A stretch of 64,000 nucleotides of DNA from positions 1-64,000 of IMG/VR virus record IMGVR_UViG_3300025018_000142. One strand, given 5' to 3'. The DNA comes from a virus (lineage: Duplodnaviria; Caudoviricetes). Positions within the stretch are counted from its first letter, which is position 1; each line of letters opens with the position of its first letter. Below the pieces are notes generated by a model that ran no database searches, had not been told where the DNA came from, and saw only the letters and a list, made by a program, of their open reading frames with translations. This document shows positions 40,929 to 49,985 of the stretch, one piece after another. The translations under genes and the position numbers were made by a program.

Positions 40929-41211
40929 AAGACGGTGTACCCCTCTCTCTTCGTACCCATGACGGCTTTGATGGCTTCTTAATTTTCTGTACGTTTGCCT
41001 GTTCGCACATATAGCCGTGAAACGCTACCTGCAACGGTGTACGCTCCTCAATATACGGTCCGCCTTCGCAGACACTTCCCTGCTCATCTTCTGGCATATT
41101 CCTACTTTTTTAACTTATTGTTTCTTGCTCTTAAATGCGTCTTTGCGACCTGTGCCCTTTTTAGCCTTTTCGCCTCTAGGCTCTTTCTGCGCCTTTCCTG
41201 TACGTCTTGTT

Positions 41212-41709
41212 TCATTTTACTTTATCAATCAACTTATGAACCGCCTTCACTAATTCGTTTACTTTTCTCCACAACTTCCTTATAAGCTCCTCGTTATCTC
41301 CAGTACCCCCTAGTTCCTCAATCCTCTCACTGGTGGCTTCAGAGTTGGCGGACTGAGCTGGTTTAATATCTTCAACTTTTAACAGCTCTCTTTCTTTCAT
41401 TGACTTACCTGTTTTATCACAGCTGTAACCAGTTGCTCTTGGGGTACTAAGGAATATAGGCTCAAAGCAATACGGGCAAAATCTCAGATTATCCTTAGCT
41501 TCACTATAGGTAAAATCTTTTTCTTCCTGTTCCTTCGGTGGGGATACTGGGACTTGCAATCTTGGTACACCTGCTTTAGCCAGTATTTTGTCCTCTATGT
41601 CTTTGTCGTAGCAAGACTTGTGATACCAAGGGTCTGAACAGGTCTGAAAGCTACTCTGTATTATAGCCAATTTTCTTCCAAGACCTTTTTTACATATTTC
41701 GCAATTCAT
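41212..41709 (-). CDS. zinc-finger protein
   Basis: CEIC...HKSC and CPYC...C motifs. Confidence 0.7.
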   Translation of the reverse strand: MNCEICKKGLGRKLAIIQSSFQTCSDPWYHKSCYDKDIEDKILAKAGVPRLQVPVSPPKEQEEKDFTYSEAKDNLRFCPYCFEPIFLSTPRATGYSCDKTGKSMKERELLKVEDIKPAQSANSEATSERIEELGGTGDNEELIRKLWRKVNELVKAVHKLIDKVK

Positions 41710-41737
41710 ACTTCTTTCCCCTCGCTAATTTATTCAA

Positions 41738-41920
41738 CTATTCCTTTCTAACATCTTGCACATATTCCGTGGGTGTCTTTGTCCCTTCTAGCTCAAATAT
41801 AGGAAACACGATAAGCCTTAACCTTTGTTCTTTGGTTAAAGAATAATACAGCTTCCGACCAATGTCTTTTTTCAGCCGTGCCAGTTCCTCTCTGTCAGTT
41901 CCTTTGACAATTAGTTTCAT
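41738..41920 (-). CDS. hypothetical protein
   Basis: 60-aa ORF downstream of the structured island. Confidence 0.55.
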   Translation of the reverse strand: MKLIVKGTDREELARLKKDIGRKLYYSLTKEQRLRLIVFPIFELEGTKTPTEYVQDVRKE

Positions 41921-41968
41921 GATGTCTGTACTTATAATTTATTTAACTTTCACCCCAGTATTCAATGT

Positions 41969-42202
41969 CCTCTCCTTTTTCCTTTCGGAAGGGCGAGAGG
42001 TGTTCCCTTATTACAGGGGTTAGCCTGCAATGGCTAAAACTGTGGTGTCATCAATACCACCCGCTTTTGGAAGAAGCAGTAAACTTTCTCTACGAGACCA
42101 GTCCATTTACCGTTTGGACAAACGTGAGTAAAGCACTCAGGGGAGCTGTTCAGTGTGCGACACTGCTCACAACTCGTTTTTTAGACGTGTCCCAGCTCCC
42201 CT
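41969..42202 (-). ncRNA. candidate structured non-coding RNA
   Basis: About nine back-to-back helices including a 10-bp AGGGGAGCTG/CAGCTCCCCT helix and a TCC-GAAA-GGA GNRA hairpin on the transcribed strand. Confidence 0.55.
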
Positions 42203-42404
42203 CAATCCTCTATAAAATAGCTCACATCTGGGTAGGGGTATGGCATACGTTTCATAGTCCCATATAAACATTATGCACCCATCGGTATGCGTTAGAACCA
42301 GACATACCTAAGTTTCTACCCAGTTATCAACCATCTTTCAATTGTTTCAAAGAGCCACTGTACTCCTCTTACCATAACCTTTTCCCCAATCTGTATTGCA
42401 TTTT

Positions 42405-42719
42405 TCATTTTGTTTTCTCACCCTCCAAGCCCTGCAACTTACGCAATTCGGGGGTAATATATTCCCTAATAAAGTTTGCAATCTTTACCTTTTCCACATT
42501 CCCATCGAGAAAGTGCAAAACACTCATTATATCTTGGTCAAATTGCATAACAGCCTTCTGCTCAGCCTGTGCGATTAACTGCTCGATGTAGGCTAACAAT
42601 TCTAGTTTCTCAAATCCAATATAGTCGTATGGCTTATCATCGGAGCCAAGTCTGATACCACTTTTTACAGCCATATTGTCTAATCCAGTTCTTTGTTCCT
42701 CATTCAGTTTATTCGCCAT
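42405..42719 (-). CDS. hypothetical protein
   Basis: GGAGAG SD; ORF in operon. Confidence 0.6.
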   Translation of the reverse strand: MANKLNEEQRTGLDNMAVKSGIRLGSDDKPYDYIGFEKLELLAYIEQLIAQAEQKAVMQFDQDIMSVLHFLDGNVEKVKIANFIREYITPELRKLQGLEGEKTK

Positions 42720-42730
42720 GCTATTTGTAA

Positions 42731-43876
42731 TTATCTTAAAACCTCTTTAATAACCTTGAACCGCTTTACTCGGACTTTTTCCCCATCACTTGGGATACAG
42801 ACAAAATCAATCAGGTCAACCTCAACCTGTAGAGTCTTTTGCCCATACTGTCCTGCCAGCTCCTTTGTAGGACAGACACTTAGTCCGTTTCCGCATTCTT
42901 CCTGCACATGAAAATTGCAAAACTCCTCTTCGTATTGTTTGCCTATCTCATAAGTGTTCTCTCCAATTATAGGCGAAGTGCCGTCTTCGTTAACACCCTT
43001 GTACATAGTCAGTCTACCTTTGGATATTCTCAATGTGTATTTATCTATAAACTGCCTCAGTGTTAGACCGTCAAACGGAGACGAGCTTAGGTTAGCATAG
43101 CTTAGGTCAGCAGAGCTTAGGTTAGCAGAGCGTAGGTTAGCAGAGCGTAGGTCGGCAGATTGTAGGTCAGCAAAGCGTAGGTTAGCAGAGCTTAGGTCAG
43201 CACAGCTTAGGTTAGCAGAGCTTAGGTTAGCAGAGCTTAGGTTAGCACAGCTTAGGTCAGCATAGCGTAGGTTAGCAGAGCTTAGGTCAGCATATTGTAG
43301 GTCAGCAAAGCTTAGGTTAGCGGAGCGTAGGTCAGCAGAGCTTAGGTCAGCAGAGCTTAGGTCAGCAGAGCTTAGGTCAGCAGAGCTTAGGTCAGCAGAG
43401 CTTAGGTCAGCAGAGCTTAGGTCAGCAGAGCTTAGGTCAGCACGCAGTACATTTTCCAATAACTTACAAAAGTTATTGACACTCAAACCGCCAATACCTG
43501 TGCCAATACCTGTAAGAACTACTCGTGACTCGTTTCTTAAAAGCAAGAAGACTAACGATAGAGAGCGCATTACACGCCATTCCTCTGCACATCTGTCTTT
43601 GCCTACCGAAACAACTGGAAACAAGTTATCGGCTTTGACACCCTCCTTCAAGTCTTTCCACTGGCTCTTAAACCTCTTGGCTAAAACACCATCAACACCA
43701 CCACCAGCCAAAAACTCCGGGTTACTTGCAGTTACGAATATACCATCTCTCTCTTTTGAAATGTCCCCCACCCTTGCCTCCAATTCGTAATCCCATTTAT
43801 TTGTTTTGTACTTCTCAAAGAGGGCTGACACCCTACGAACCAACTCTTCGTTTTTGTCTATAAATACAAGCTTCAT
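42731..43876 (-). CDS. Macro domain + pentapeptide repeat + C-terminal Cys-containing domain fusion
   Basis: VGDIS...VTASNPEFLAGGGVDG...GIGTGIGG (Macro); about 24 xxA[DN]L pentapeptides; MYKGV...YEIG...ECGNGL C-domain. Confidence 0.85.
   Translation of the reverse strand: MKLVFIDKNEELVRRVSALFEKYKTNKWDYELEARVGDISKERDGIFVTASNPEFLAGGGVDGVLAKRFKSQWKDLKEGVKADNLFPVVSVGKDRCAEEWRVMRSLSLVFLLLRNESRVVLTGIGTGIGGLSVNNFCKLLENVLRADLSSADLSSADLSSADLSSADLSSADLSSADLSSADLRSANLSFADLQYADLSSANLRYADLSCANLSSANLSSANLSCADLSSANLRFADLQSADLRSANLRSANLSSADLSYANLSSSPFDGLTLRQFIDKYTLRISKGRLTMYKGVNEDGTSPIIGENTYEIGKQYEEEFCNFHVQEECGNGLSVCPTKELAGQYGQKTLQVEVDLIDFVCIPSDGEKVRVKRFKVIKEVLR
43331..43442. repeat. 15-bp tandem repeat (7 perfect copies plus partial) encoding SSADL
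   Basis: gtcagcagagcttag x7. Confidence 0.95.
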
Positions 43877-43877
43877 G

Positions 43878-44015
43878 TTATTTGCTCTCCTTACAGATTT
43901 TAATTATTTCTGCACGAGCTTCTTCTAATGTTATCTCCCTAAGTGCAAATTTCAACAGTATTCTCTCTATCTCTATTTGCATAATTTTGTCGTTTAGTAT
44001 CTGAATTTCGGTCAT
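43878..44015 (-). CDS. 45-aa protein spanning the assembly junction (not in ORF track)
   Basis: MTEIQILNDKIMQIEIERILLKFALREITLEEARAEIIKICKESK; start also at 124, downstream of the 153-181 promoter. Confidence 0.6.
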   Translation of the reverse strand: MTEIQILNDKIMQIEIERILLKFALREITLEEARAEIIKICKESK

Positions 44016-44018
44016 GCT
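43892..44018 (+). repeat. 127-bp direct repeat, copy 2 (end of contig A)
   Basis: Identical to 1-127. Confidence 0.97.
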
Positions 44019-44063
44019 GTTTACCCCTTAATTTATGTAGCTCCGCCCCTTTCTTCAACTCCC

Positions 44064-44852
44064 CTAAACTTTAATAATGGCACTGATAGTTTTCAGTTTT
44101 GGAATTATTGTTGGTACTCCCAGCAATTCTCCACACCTTAATACACGCTCAGTCAGTGCAGTTTTATCCTCTTCTGGAACTTCGAAGCGCATGATGTTTA
44201 TATTCTTGTAAAAGCCACAATCAACCAAATATGGAAGCTCATCGTCTTGTGCATTGTTGATCCAAGCGAATTGAAACTGGGCTGCAGAATCTATATTACA
44301 GGCATAATCCCTAATTCCCTGAAGCTCGCTTAAGTATGGACAATATACAATTAACTCTGCAAACTTCGTCTGATCGAGAATAGAATTACTTACAATTTGC
44401 CAGTAGTATGTTTCGCCCTGTGCGTGTTTTTCTCGAATTTTATTCATTGCATCCATGCCAGTCAATCCATCATAGAGAGGATCAACTAATTGACAAAAGC
44501 TCTTCATAGTCATTGGGCATTTAAACTCGACAACGGTTTTCCCTTCGTCAAATTTGCTCCCGTCAGGACTTCCTGCCCAGAATGGAATAGTGGAATGCGT
44601 TAGTGTTTCTTGGCTCACAAGCTGATATTCTGTTCCAAGTAGGTCAAATATCCTCTGCTCCATAAGCTTGCCCCACGTTAGTGGTTTTGTTCGAGATTCG
44701 CTATCCAGTGAGCGCCCTAGTCTACGCTCCATTTTCTTTTCATCGATGTAGGTGTACGCAGGTGCGCCTAATCCGCCCACCTTATCTTTCTTCATCAACG
44801 CAGCGATATCTGAGCTTGTAAAGTTACCAATACGATTTTCATTGTGTATCAT
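44064..44852 (-). CDS. YqaJ/lambda-exonuclease family protein
   Basis: RIGNFTSS, WGKLME, AGSPDG, VEFKCP, YYWQ. Confidence 0.85.
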   Translation of the reverse strand: MIHNENRIGNFTSSDIAALMKKDKVGGLGAPAYTYIDEKKMERRLGRSLDSESRTKPLTWGKLMEQRIFDLLGTEYQLVSQETLTHSTIPFWAGSPDGSKFDEGKTVVEFKCPMTMKSFCQLVDPLYDGLTGMDAMNKIREKHAQGETYYWQIVSNSILDQTKFAELIVYCPYLSELQGIRDYACNIDSAAQFQFAWINNAQDDELPYLVDCGFYKNINIMRFEVPEEDKTALTERVLRCGELLGVPTIIPKLKTISAIIKV

Positions 44853-44853
44853 A

Positions 44854-45753
44854 TTATTTGCCTTGAAGCAGTGATCTTAGTTTCGAGTAGCTTCTCTCTT
44901 CTTTTGTGTCAATAATACGCTGTGCGTTTTTCTGCTCTTCTGGTGTGCATGCTGATTTCTTCGCTTCGTAAAGCGCAGTTAAGTCTTCAATGAGGATTTT
45001 CTCGTTGCCACCTCGGAATGCGTTCTCGACTGTTGTATCACCATCCTTAATTGCTTGGTAGATTCCAAGGAGGCTTACCAAATCTTCTCGTGTTAGTTGT
45101 GAGATTGATGCTTTACCGACAGCGGTGAGTACTTCAGATTCCTTTACGCTGTAAGATTGCATAATTTCGTCTACGATTTTCTTTCGTCTTGCGACCAGCT
45201 TGGTTTCATCTGATACGTCTCCTGCGATTACATTGAGCGCAGTATTATAAACTTTGTCTACAATTCCCCTCGGAATTACTGCCAATATAGCGTTCCTGAG
45301 TGCAATTGCATTGGCTGCATTACCCGTCACTGTGATCATATCGTCATTAAATCGCCCCATCTTACCAACTATGGAGCGTTTAACCTCTACTTTTATGGCT
45401 AAATTGTTCTCTAAATCGAAGGCTACAGCCTGAGAAGTGATCTGCTTATCATCAACGCCGACAACCTTTGCTTCGATTCTCATATTTCCCCAATTTTGTG
45501 CGAGAATTTTTGCGAGATGTACGCTCGGCCCACTGATACTCTTGCCACTTCTAGGCAAAGAATATGTACAAACTCGTGCTGTTGCTTCATCCATGGTCAC
45601 TATTGCTAGTGCGTTCTCAGTTGCCCTCTTAATGTTACGTGGGTAAGCCTTTGCTGTTGATATCTGCATATCGATTGCAGCTTTATCTTGCTGGTAGATT
45701 GTCTCTAGAGAGGCATTTTCTACCGAAACCATCGTTTCATTGTCGTCTGGCAT
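44854..45753 (-). CDS. putative single-strand annealing protein
   Basis: QISTAKAYPR...YSLPR...GPSVHLA...WGN pattern; paired with the exonuclease. Confidence 0.65.
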   Translation of the reverse strand: MPDDNETMVSVENASLETIYQQDKAAIDMQISTAKAYPRNIKRATENALAIVTMDEATARVCTYSLPRSGKSISGPSVHLAKILAQNWGNMRIEAKVVGVDDKQITSQAVAFDLENNLAIKVEVKRSIVGKMGRFNDDMITVTGNAANAIALRNAILAVIPRGIVDKVYNTALNVIAGDVSDETKLVARRKKIVDEIMQSYSVKESEVLTAVGKASISQLTREDLVSLLGIYQAIKDGDTTVENAFRGGNEKILIEDLTALYEAKKSACTPEEQKNAQRIIDTKEERSYSKLRSLLQGK

Positions 45754-45817
45754 TGCTAAATATAATAAACTTAAGTATGAACAGTTTACTACGGTGTGCC
45801 GTAGTTGTCAAGAGCGG

Positions 45818-46189
45818 CTATTCGATCACATATTCATATTTTACATAACCCATCTTTTTGAATTTTACCGGTCGCAATGCCGAAATTGCTACATAGTATT
45901 GAGTACCCTCACCGTAGTGCGCTTCCCTGCATAGCTTCATAAACTTCATTGTAGATATTGAGTAAGATTCCTTCCTCGTGATATCCGTAAATCTAATGCT
46001 TCTTATAAGATCCTTGACATCATCCACCGCTTTCTTATCAATAGACACCTCATGAGTCTGCCACAAGACAGCCCTACTAAAACCGAATTCTCTGTACAGA
46101 ATTTTCCCGATAACTTTTCCACAAAAAAACTTCTTTATACCTGTTTTTCTGACAATAGCAAAACTTCTATACAATCTTATATTTTTCAT
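45818..46189 (-). CDS. hypothetical protein
   Basis: ORF in the early operon. Confidence 0.55.
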   Translation of the reverse strand: MKNIRLYRSFAIVRKTGIKKFFCGKVIGKILYREFGFSRAVLWQTHEVSIDKKAVDDVKDLIRSIRFTDITRKESYSISTMKFMKLCREAHYGEGTQYYVAISALRPVKFKKMGYVKYEYVIE

Positions 46190-46213
46190 ATCTTTTTAAT
46201 TCTCTTAAGTTAC

Positions 46214-46496
46214 CATGAGAGGGAGGCTTCGCACCTCCATAGGCCACTAATTGGATGCAAAACAATAAGCCATTACATTTCGCCACTATTGCCTTATTAA
46301 TAGACAGCCTCAGGTTATTTCATTCCGTCTAGCGACTTCCTTTCGCTACTCTCACGCTTTGCACCGCATACCGTGCATGTTGTATTGCTCTGCATCTCTC
46401 GGCTACGAGCTTAACGCCAATACAATCACTGAGCTAAATAGCTCATAGCTGCGCAGGCACACTGCCCCAAGCGCCCACGTAGAAGTGAACCGTCTA
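46214..46496 (-). ncRNA. candidate structured non-coding RNA
   Basis: At least seven helices in an ORF-free gap of about 300 nt. Confidence 0.45.
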
Positions 46497-46497
46497 A

Positions 46498-46881
46498 TTA
46501 CCTCCTAACTACCTTTACCGCCGGACAGCGTTTGCACGATTTTCTTATTAATTTAGAATGCGAGTTAACCGACTGCTCTGCACTTACAACACTCCATTTG
46601 TGAACACCTTTTGCGCATAAGTTCTGGCCGTAATTATAAAGATATACTTGAACTGCAATCTTAAGTTTTCTGAATGCTGCTTGTAGTGGTTTAGCAATAG
46701 CTTGTGCAGTTCTGCGCAGTGTGATCTTAAGAGCAATCTTTTGTCCTTCCTGTGTGCGCCATGCATCTGCGTACATTTCTGGCATTAGATTCGACATCTT
46801 ATAGTACTCTCTAATCGCTTTTCGCCACTCAATATCATTACTTTTCATAATAAATCTATTTAAATAAGTTTCTAAATACAT
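46498..46881 (-). CDS. hypothetical protein with C-terminal metal-binding motif
   Basis: CAKGVHKW...CKRC. Confidence 0.55.
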   Translation of the reverse strand: MYLETYLNRFIMKSNDIEWRKAIREYYKMSNLMPEMYADAWRTQEGQKIALKITLRRTAQAIAKPLQAAFRKLKIAVQVYLYNYGQNLCAKGVHKWSVVSAEQSVNSHSKLIRKSCKRCPAVKVVRR

Positions 46882-47167
46882 AATTCAGGCATGAAAAGCA
46901 GAGACATACCGGAGCCTTCACTCTTCCGAACTGAATAGCTTTATCCACAAACTGTCCACACTCGTGGCATTGAGGTCTTGTCCAAGTTACGTTGTTCAGT
47001 AACTTTTCAATATCGTCAGGATTTGGCTTATCACCAAGCTTAACCAGCTTATTGTAAGTTGCTTCGGTATCCATTATCGCCTCAGCCCATTTTCCATCTT
47101 GGAAATATTGTGCATAGTACTTGTCTTTCACTAGCCGAGCCAATGAAAACTTTGTTATAATTTTCAT
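46856..47167 (-). CDS. zinc-finger protein
   Basis: CHEC...CFSC. Confidence 0.65.
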   Translation of the reverse strand: MKIITKFSLARLVKDKYYAQYFQDGKWAEAIMDTEATYNKLVKLGDKPNPDDIEKLLNNVTWTRPQCHECGQFVDKAIQFGRVKAPVCLCFSCLNYVFRNLFK

Positions 47168-48270
47168 ACTACCTCCTTTCTATCTGCAGTCAACCATTGA
47201 TTGCAGAAGTTGGTAATTGCTTCTTCAGCAGTTTTACCAGCACCAGATACGCCACTGTTATGCTTGGCCCAGAATACCCCTGTAGTTTCAACCGAAACCA
47301 CTATTGAGTTTGCCCTCATTTCGTCAATTAACCGGTCATGCTCTTTACGTGCTTCTTCTTCTTTGACCTGTTGTTCTGCTCGTTGTTTTTGTAGCTCTAA
47401 ATCCTTACGAACCTTCTCTACGGCAAGCTTGTGTTCCAAGTCAGCCTTCTCTTTTGAGGACTTTTCCTCTTGTAGTTTTCTAGCTTCCTCGGCAATTCGC
47501 TTCTGTTCGTCAAGCTCTTTCTGCGCTTTTTCGGCTTGTTCTTTTTGTTCTTTTTCGTGCTTTAATCTAGCTTCCTCAGCAGACTTTCGCTCCGCTTCTA
47601 GCTCCTTTTCTTTTGTCTCAGCTTCTTTTTGTAGTCGAATATTCTCTAGTCTGATACGCTCTCGCTCCTTTGCGTCTGCTTCTTCTTTAGCAATGCGCTC
47701 CTTCTCGATTCGAATTGATGCTTGTGTCTTGGACTCGAGGCCGACTATTATTGCATTGAAGGATTCGTCTGCCATTTCCAGCAAATCAAGTCCTTCACCT
47801 GTATGCGCATATACTGCAAGTTGCTTTAGACGATCTTCTTTACGAGCGCTTTTCCTGTTAGCTTCCTGAATTTCAATGAAATGCTCCTGTCTATCTAGGT
47901 GCTCTTCGATTGGAATAATTAATGCCTTCAATATATTAGCAATTCCTTCAATTGCTTTTCCCTCTCGGGTTGATTGTTCTTTCAGTGCTACCCGAGTGTG
48001 TTCTACTTCGACTCGTTTCTGCTTTAGGAATAGCCTCGCTTCTCGAGCCATCTTCATTTCTGTGACCTGATCGGCGGAGGTTACATTCAGGTTCTTTGCT
48101 TTCTGTTCCCACTCTGCAGCGAGCTTAAAGAAGTTCGAGAAGTTGTCTAGCATTACTTGCGCCTTAGATTTTTCGAGTCCACTCTCCTCAATAATTTTCG
48201 CTAATGGTGATATTTCTATTTTGTTGTCCATATTTTCAATAAACAATATTATTTTTATTTGCAGTATCAA
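47164..48270 (-). CDS. long coiled-coil protein (DUF1351-like N-terminus)
   Basis: ARLFLKQKRVEVEHTRVALKE...E/K/R-rich heptads. Confidence 0.75.
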   Translation of the reverse strand: MILQIKIILFIENMDNKIEISPLAKIIEESGLEKSKAQVMLDNFSNFFKLAAEWEQKAKNLNVTSADQVTEMKMAREARLFLKQKRVEVEHTRVALKEQSTREGKAIEGIANILKALIIPIEEHLDRQEHFIEIQEANRKSARKEDRLKQLAVYAHTGEGLDLLEMADESFNAIIVGLESKTQASIRIEKERIAKEEADAKERERIRLENIRLQKEAETKEKELEAERKSAEEARLKHEKEQKEQAEKAQKELDEQKRIAEEARKLQEEKSSKEKADLEHKLAVEKVRKDLELQKQRAEQQVKEEEARKEHDRLIDEMRANSIVVSVETTGVFWAKHNSGVSGAGKTAEEAITNFCNQWLTADRKEVV

Positions 48271-48418
48271 AGTCGTTTCCCAATGGCCCAGATACTTCGT
48301 AGCGAATCGGATCCTTTGTTAGTGGTTCTGGCTGTTTCCATTGCCAGCTATTCACGCAGGTAATCAATAGTATTGCTAGAATTGAATAGATTAACCACCT
48401 AACAACAGTGTTATTCAT
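48236..48418 (-). CDS. small membrane protein
   Basis: RWLIYSILAILLITCV TM segment; ATG 48418 preferred. Confidence 0.5.
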   Translation of the reverse strand: MNNTVVRWLIYSILAILLITCVNSWQWKQPEPLTKDPIRYEVSGPLGNDFDTANKNNIVY

Positions 48419-48726
48419 AATCCTCGAGCCTCCTGCTCCTCGTACCACCAGTTTTTCTTTGATTCGCCCAGTGCTTCACGAAGCCCGGCGTTTATTTCAT
48501 CAAGCTTTTTGCTTAACTCTTTAATGATTACTTTTCGGTTATCAAATGTTATAAAGAAGGGCATTGATACATCGTCAAGGAAGTACCCCTCGCCCTCGAC
48601 TGTTAAAAGATTACATCCGACTTCTATTTTTCGGATTCCATACATTACCCATGCGAATGTGTACCCTTCTGCGAGTGGTAAATCCAACTCACTTTCAAAT
48701 CCTAAGATCTTTATTGGCTTGATCAT
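48415..48726 (-). CDS. hypothetical protein, first early gene
   Basis: Directly downstream of the promoter. Confidence 0.65.
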   Translation of the reverse strand: MIKPIKILGFESELDLPLAEGYTFAWVMYGIRKIEVGCNLLTVEGEGYFLDDVSMPFFITFDNRKVIIKELSKKLDEINAGLREALGESKKNWWYEEQEARGL

Positions 48727-48753
48727 AGTTCTGTATATCTAAATTAGTATTAG

Positions 48754-48782
48754 AATATACTACGGTATGCCATATATGTCAA
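48754..48782 (-). promoter_or_regulatory. sigma70 promoter of the phage B early operon
   Basis: TTGACA(48782-48777)-17-TATATT; same GTAGTATATT context as the 153-181 promoter. Confidence 0.75.
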
Positions 48783-48814
48783 GTACACGAAACGTGCCCA
48801 CAGTTCGGAGATTC

Positions 48815-49105
48815 TTAGAGGACAGTATTCGCCACTTTATTGTTTGGAAGTTGTTTTTTAATAAGTTCAGCAATGGTGATCAGAAAGAAATTGATACCAC
48901 CAGTGACTTCAGGAACTCCTAACTTCACTCCAATCCACGAAGAAAGCGATGGTGTAACAAGGGCAGCGACTATTGCAGAAGGGATTATATAGACAATCAA
49001 TATTTTCACGCCCTTTAATAACGTAGCCAATAGATCCTTAAACCACTTCAAAACCATTAATTTGATTTCATCCCACAAGAGATCCGTTTCATTATTTGGT
49101 TCCAT
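48815..49105 (-). CDS. putative holin
   Basis: Two hydrophobic helices; follows the amidase. Confidence 0.65.
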   Translation of the reverse strand: MEPNNETDLLWDEIKLMVLKWFKDLLATLLKGVKILIVYIIPSAIVAALVTPSLSSWIGVKLGVPEVTGGINFFLITIAELIKKQLPNNKVANTVL

Positions 49106-49967
49106 TCTTTCTGTTCTTTATATTACTAATTATCGCTAGTATACCATTTCCCAATTGTTTTGCCCATCCCGTCCATTTATCATAGGCATCAACTTTCAAC
49201 TTAACACTCTTCAGAAAATCGATGAATTCAACATCATCCCCAGTGAATCCTAAAACGATTTTAGCCGAAGCGAACTTCCCCTCCAAATCAGAAATGATTA
49301 ACTCCTTCTCGTTTTTGTAGGCATCGAATATATCCTGTAACTCCTTCAACTTCTCTGCATCCGTCTTTACTGGTGGAACTGGCGGAGGGGGTGGAACAAC
49401 AACGGGAGGAACCAATAGATTCTCATACTTTGAACGATTATTGAACATATCCTTCAATATTGGCATTTGCGTTTGAATTTTGCCCGGACAAGCCGTTCCA
49501 GTCTGTGAAACTTCCTTATGTCCTCTAATCAATAAATTCCCACCCAATCTTTTATCCAAATAGATGAAACTATCGGTAATTAATAACAGCGCTTTTGGAT
49601 CAATGGTCTTATACGAATAATCCCCACATATTTCAATATTAATCCCATGTTGATTCACCGGCCAATTTCCAGCACCCCACGAAACATTCAATTCAGGATC
49701 ACGAATTAATAAAACCAATCTCCACCCATACTTATTCTTATCCCCCGAATATCGATGAAGCGCATAATGAGCTTGAGCAAAAGTTTCCTTTCCAGTCCTC
49801 GGATCATAATGGTACGAATGGGCATAATTCTTATATCCCCTTCCTTTCCCGACTGAAGAATACCAATCAGCGACTTCCCGATCAGATCCTTCGCTAAACG
49901 CTGGCCCTGCAGAGTGATGAATTATCAAATAATTAATCGGATTTACCCTATTTCCATCATTTGCCAT
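49092..49967 (-). CDS. N-acetylmuramoyl-L-alanine amidase (Amidase_2) endolysin with Pro linker and coiled coil (ATG 49967 preferred)
   Basis: IIHHSAG, GAGNWPVNQHGINIEICG, IRGHKEV...TACPG. Confidence 0.88.
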   Translation of the reverse strand: MANDGNRVNPINYLIIHHSAGPAFSEGSDREVADWYSSVGKGRGYKNYAHSYHYDPRTGKETFAQAHYALHRYSGDKNKYGWRLVLLIRDPELNVSWGAGNWPVNQHGINIEICGDYSYKTIDPKALLLITDSFIYLDKRLGGNLLIRGHKEVSQTGTACPGKIQTQMPILKDMFNNRSKYENLLVPPVVVPPPPPVPPVKTDAEKLKELQDIFDAYKNEKELIISDLEGKFASAKIVLGFTGDDVEFIDFLKSVKLKVDAYDKWTGWAKQLGNGILAIISNIKNRKNGTK

Positions 49968-49985
49968 AAACAATTATACAATAAA

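Noticed and set aside
41965-42267. 100-aa plus-strand ORF over the structured island
   Set aside because: Opposite to operon direction, no promoter or SD, no recognisable motif
43085-43445. Tandem 15-bp repeats as a CRISPR array
   Set aside because: No unique spacers; in-frame pentapeptide coding repeat
47201-47869. 222-aa plus-strand Ser-rich ORF
   Set aside because: Antisense shadow of the E/K-rich coiled-coil gene
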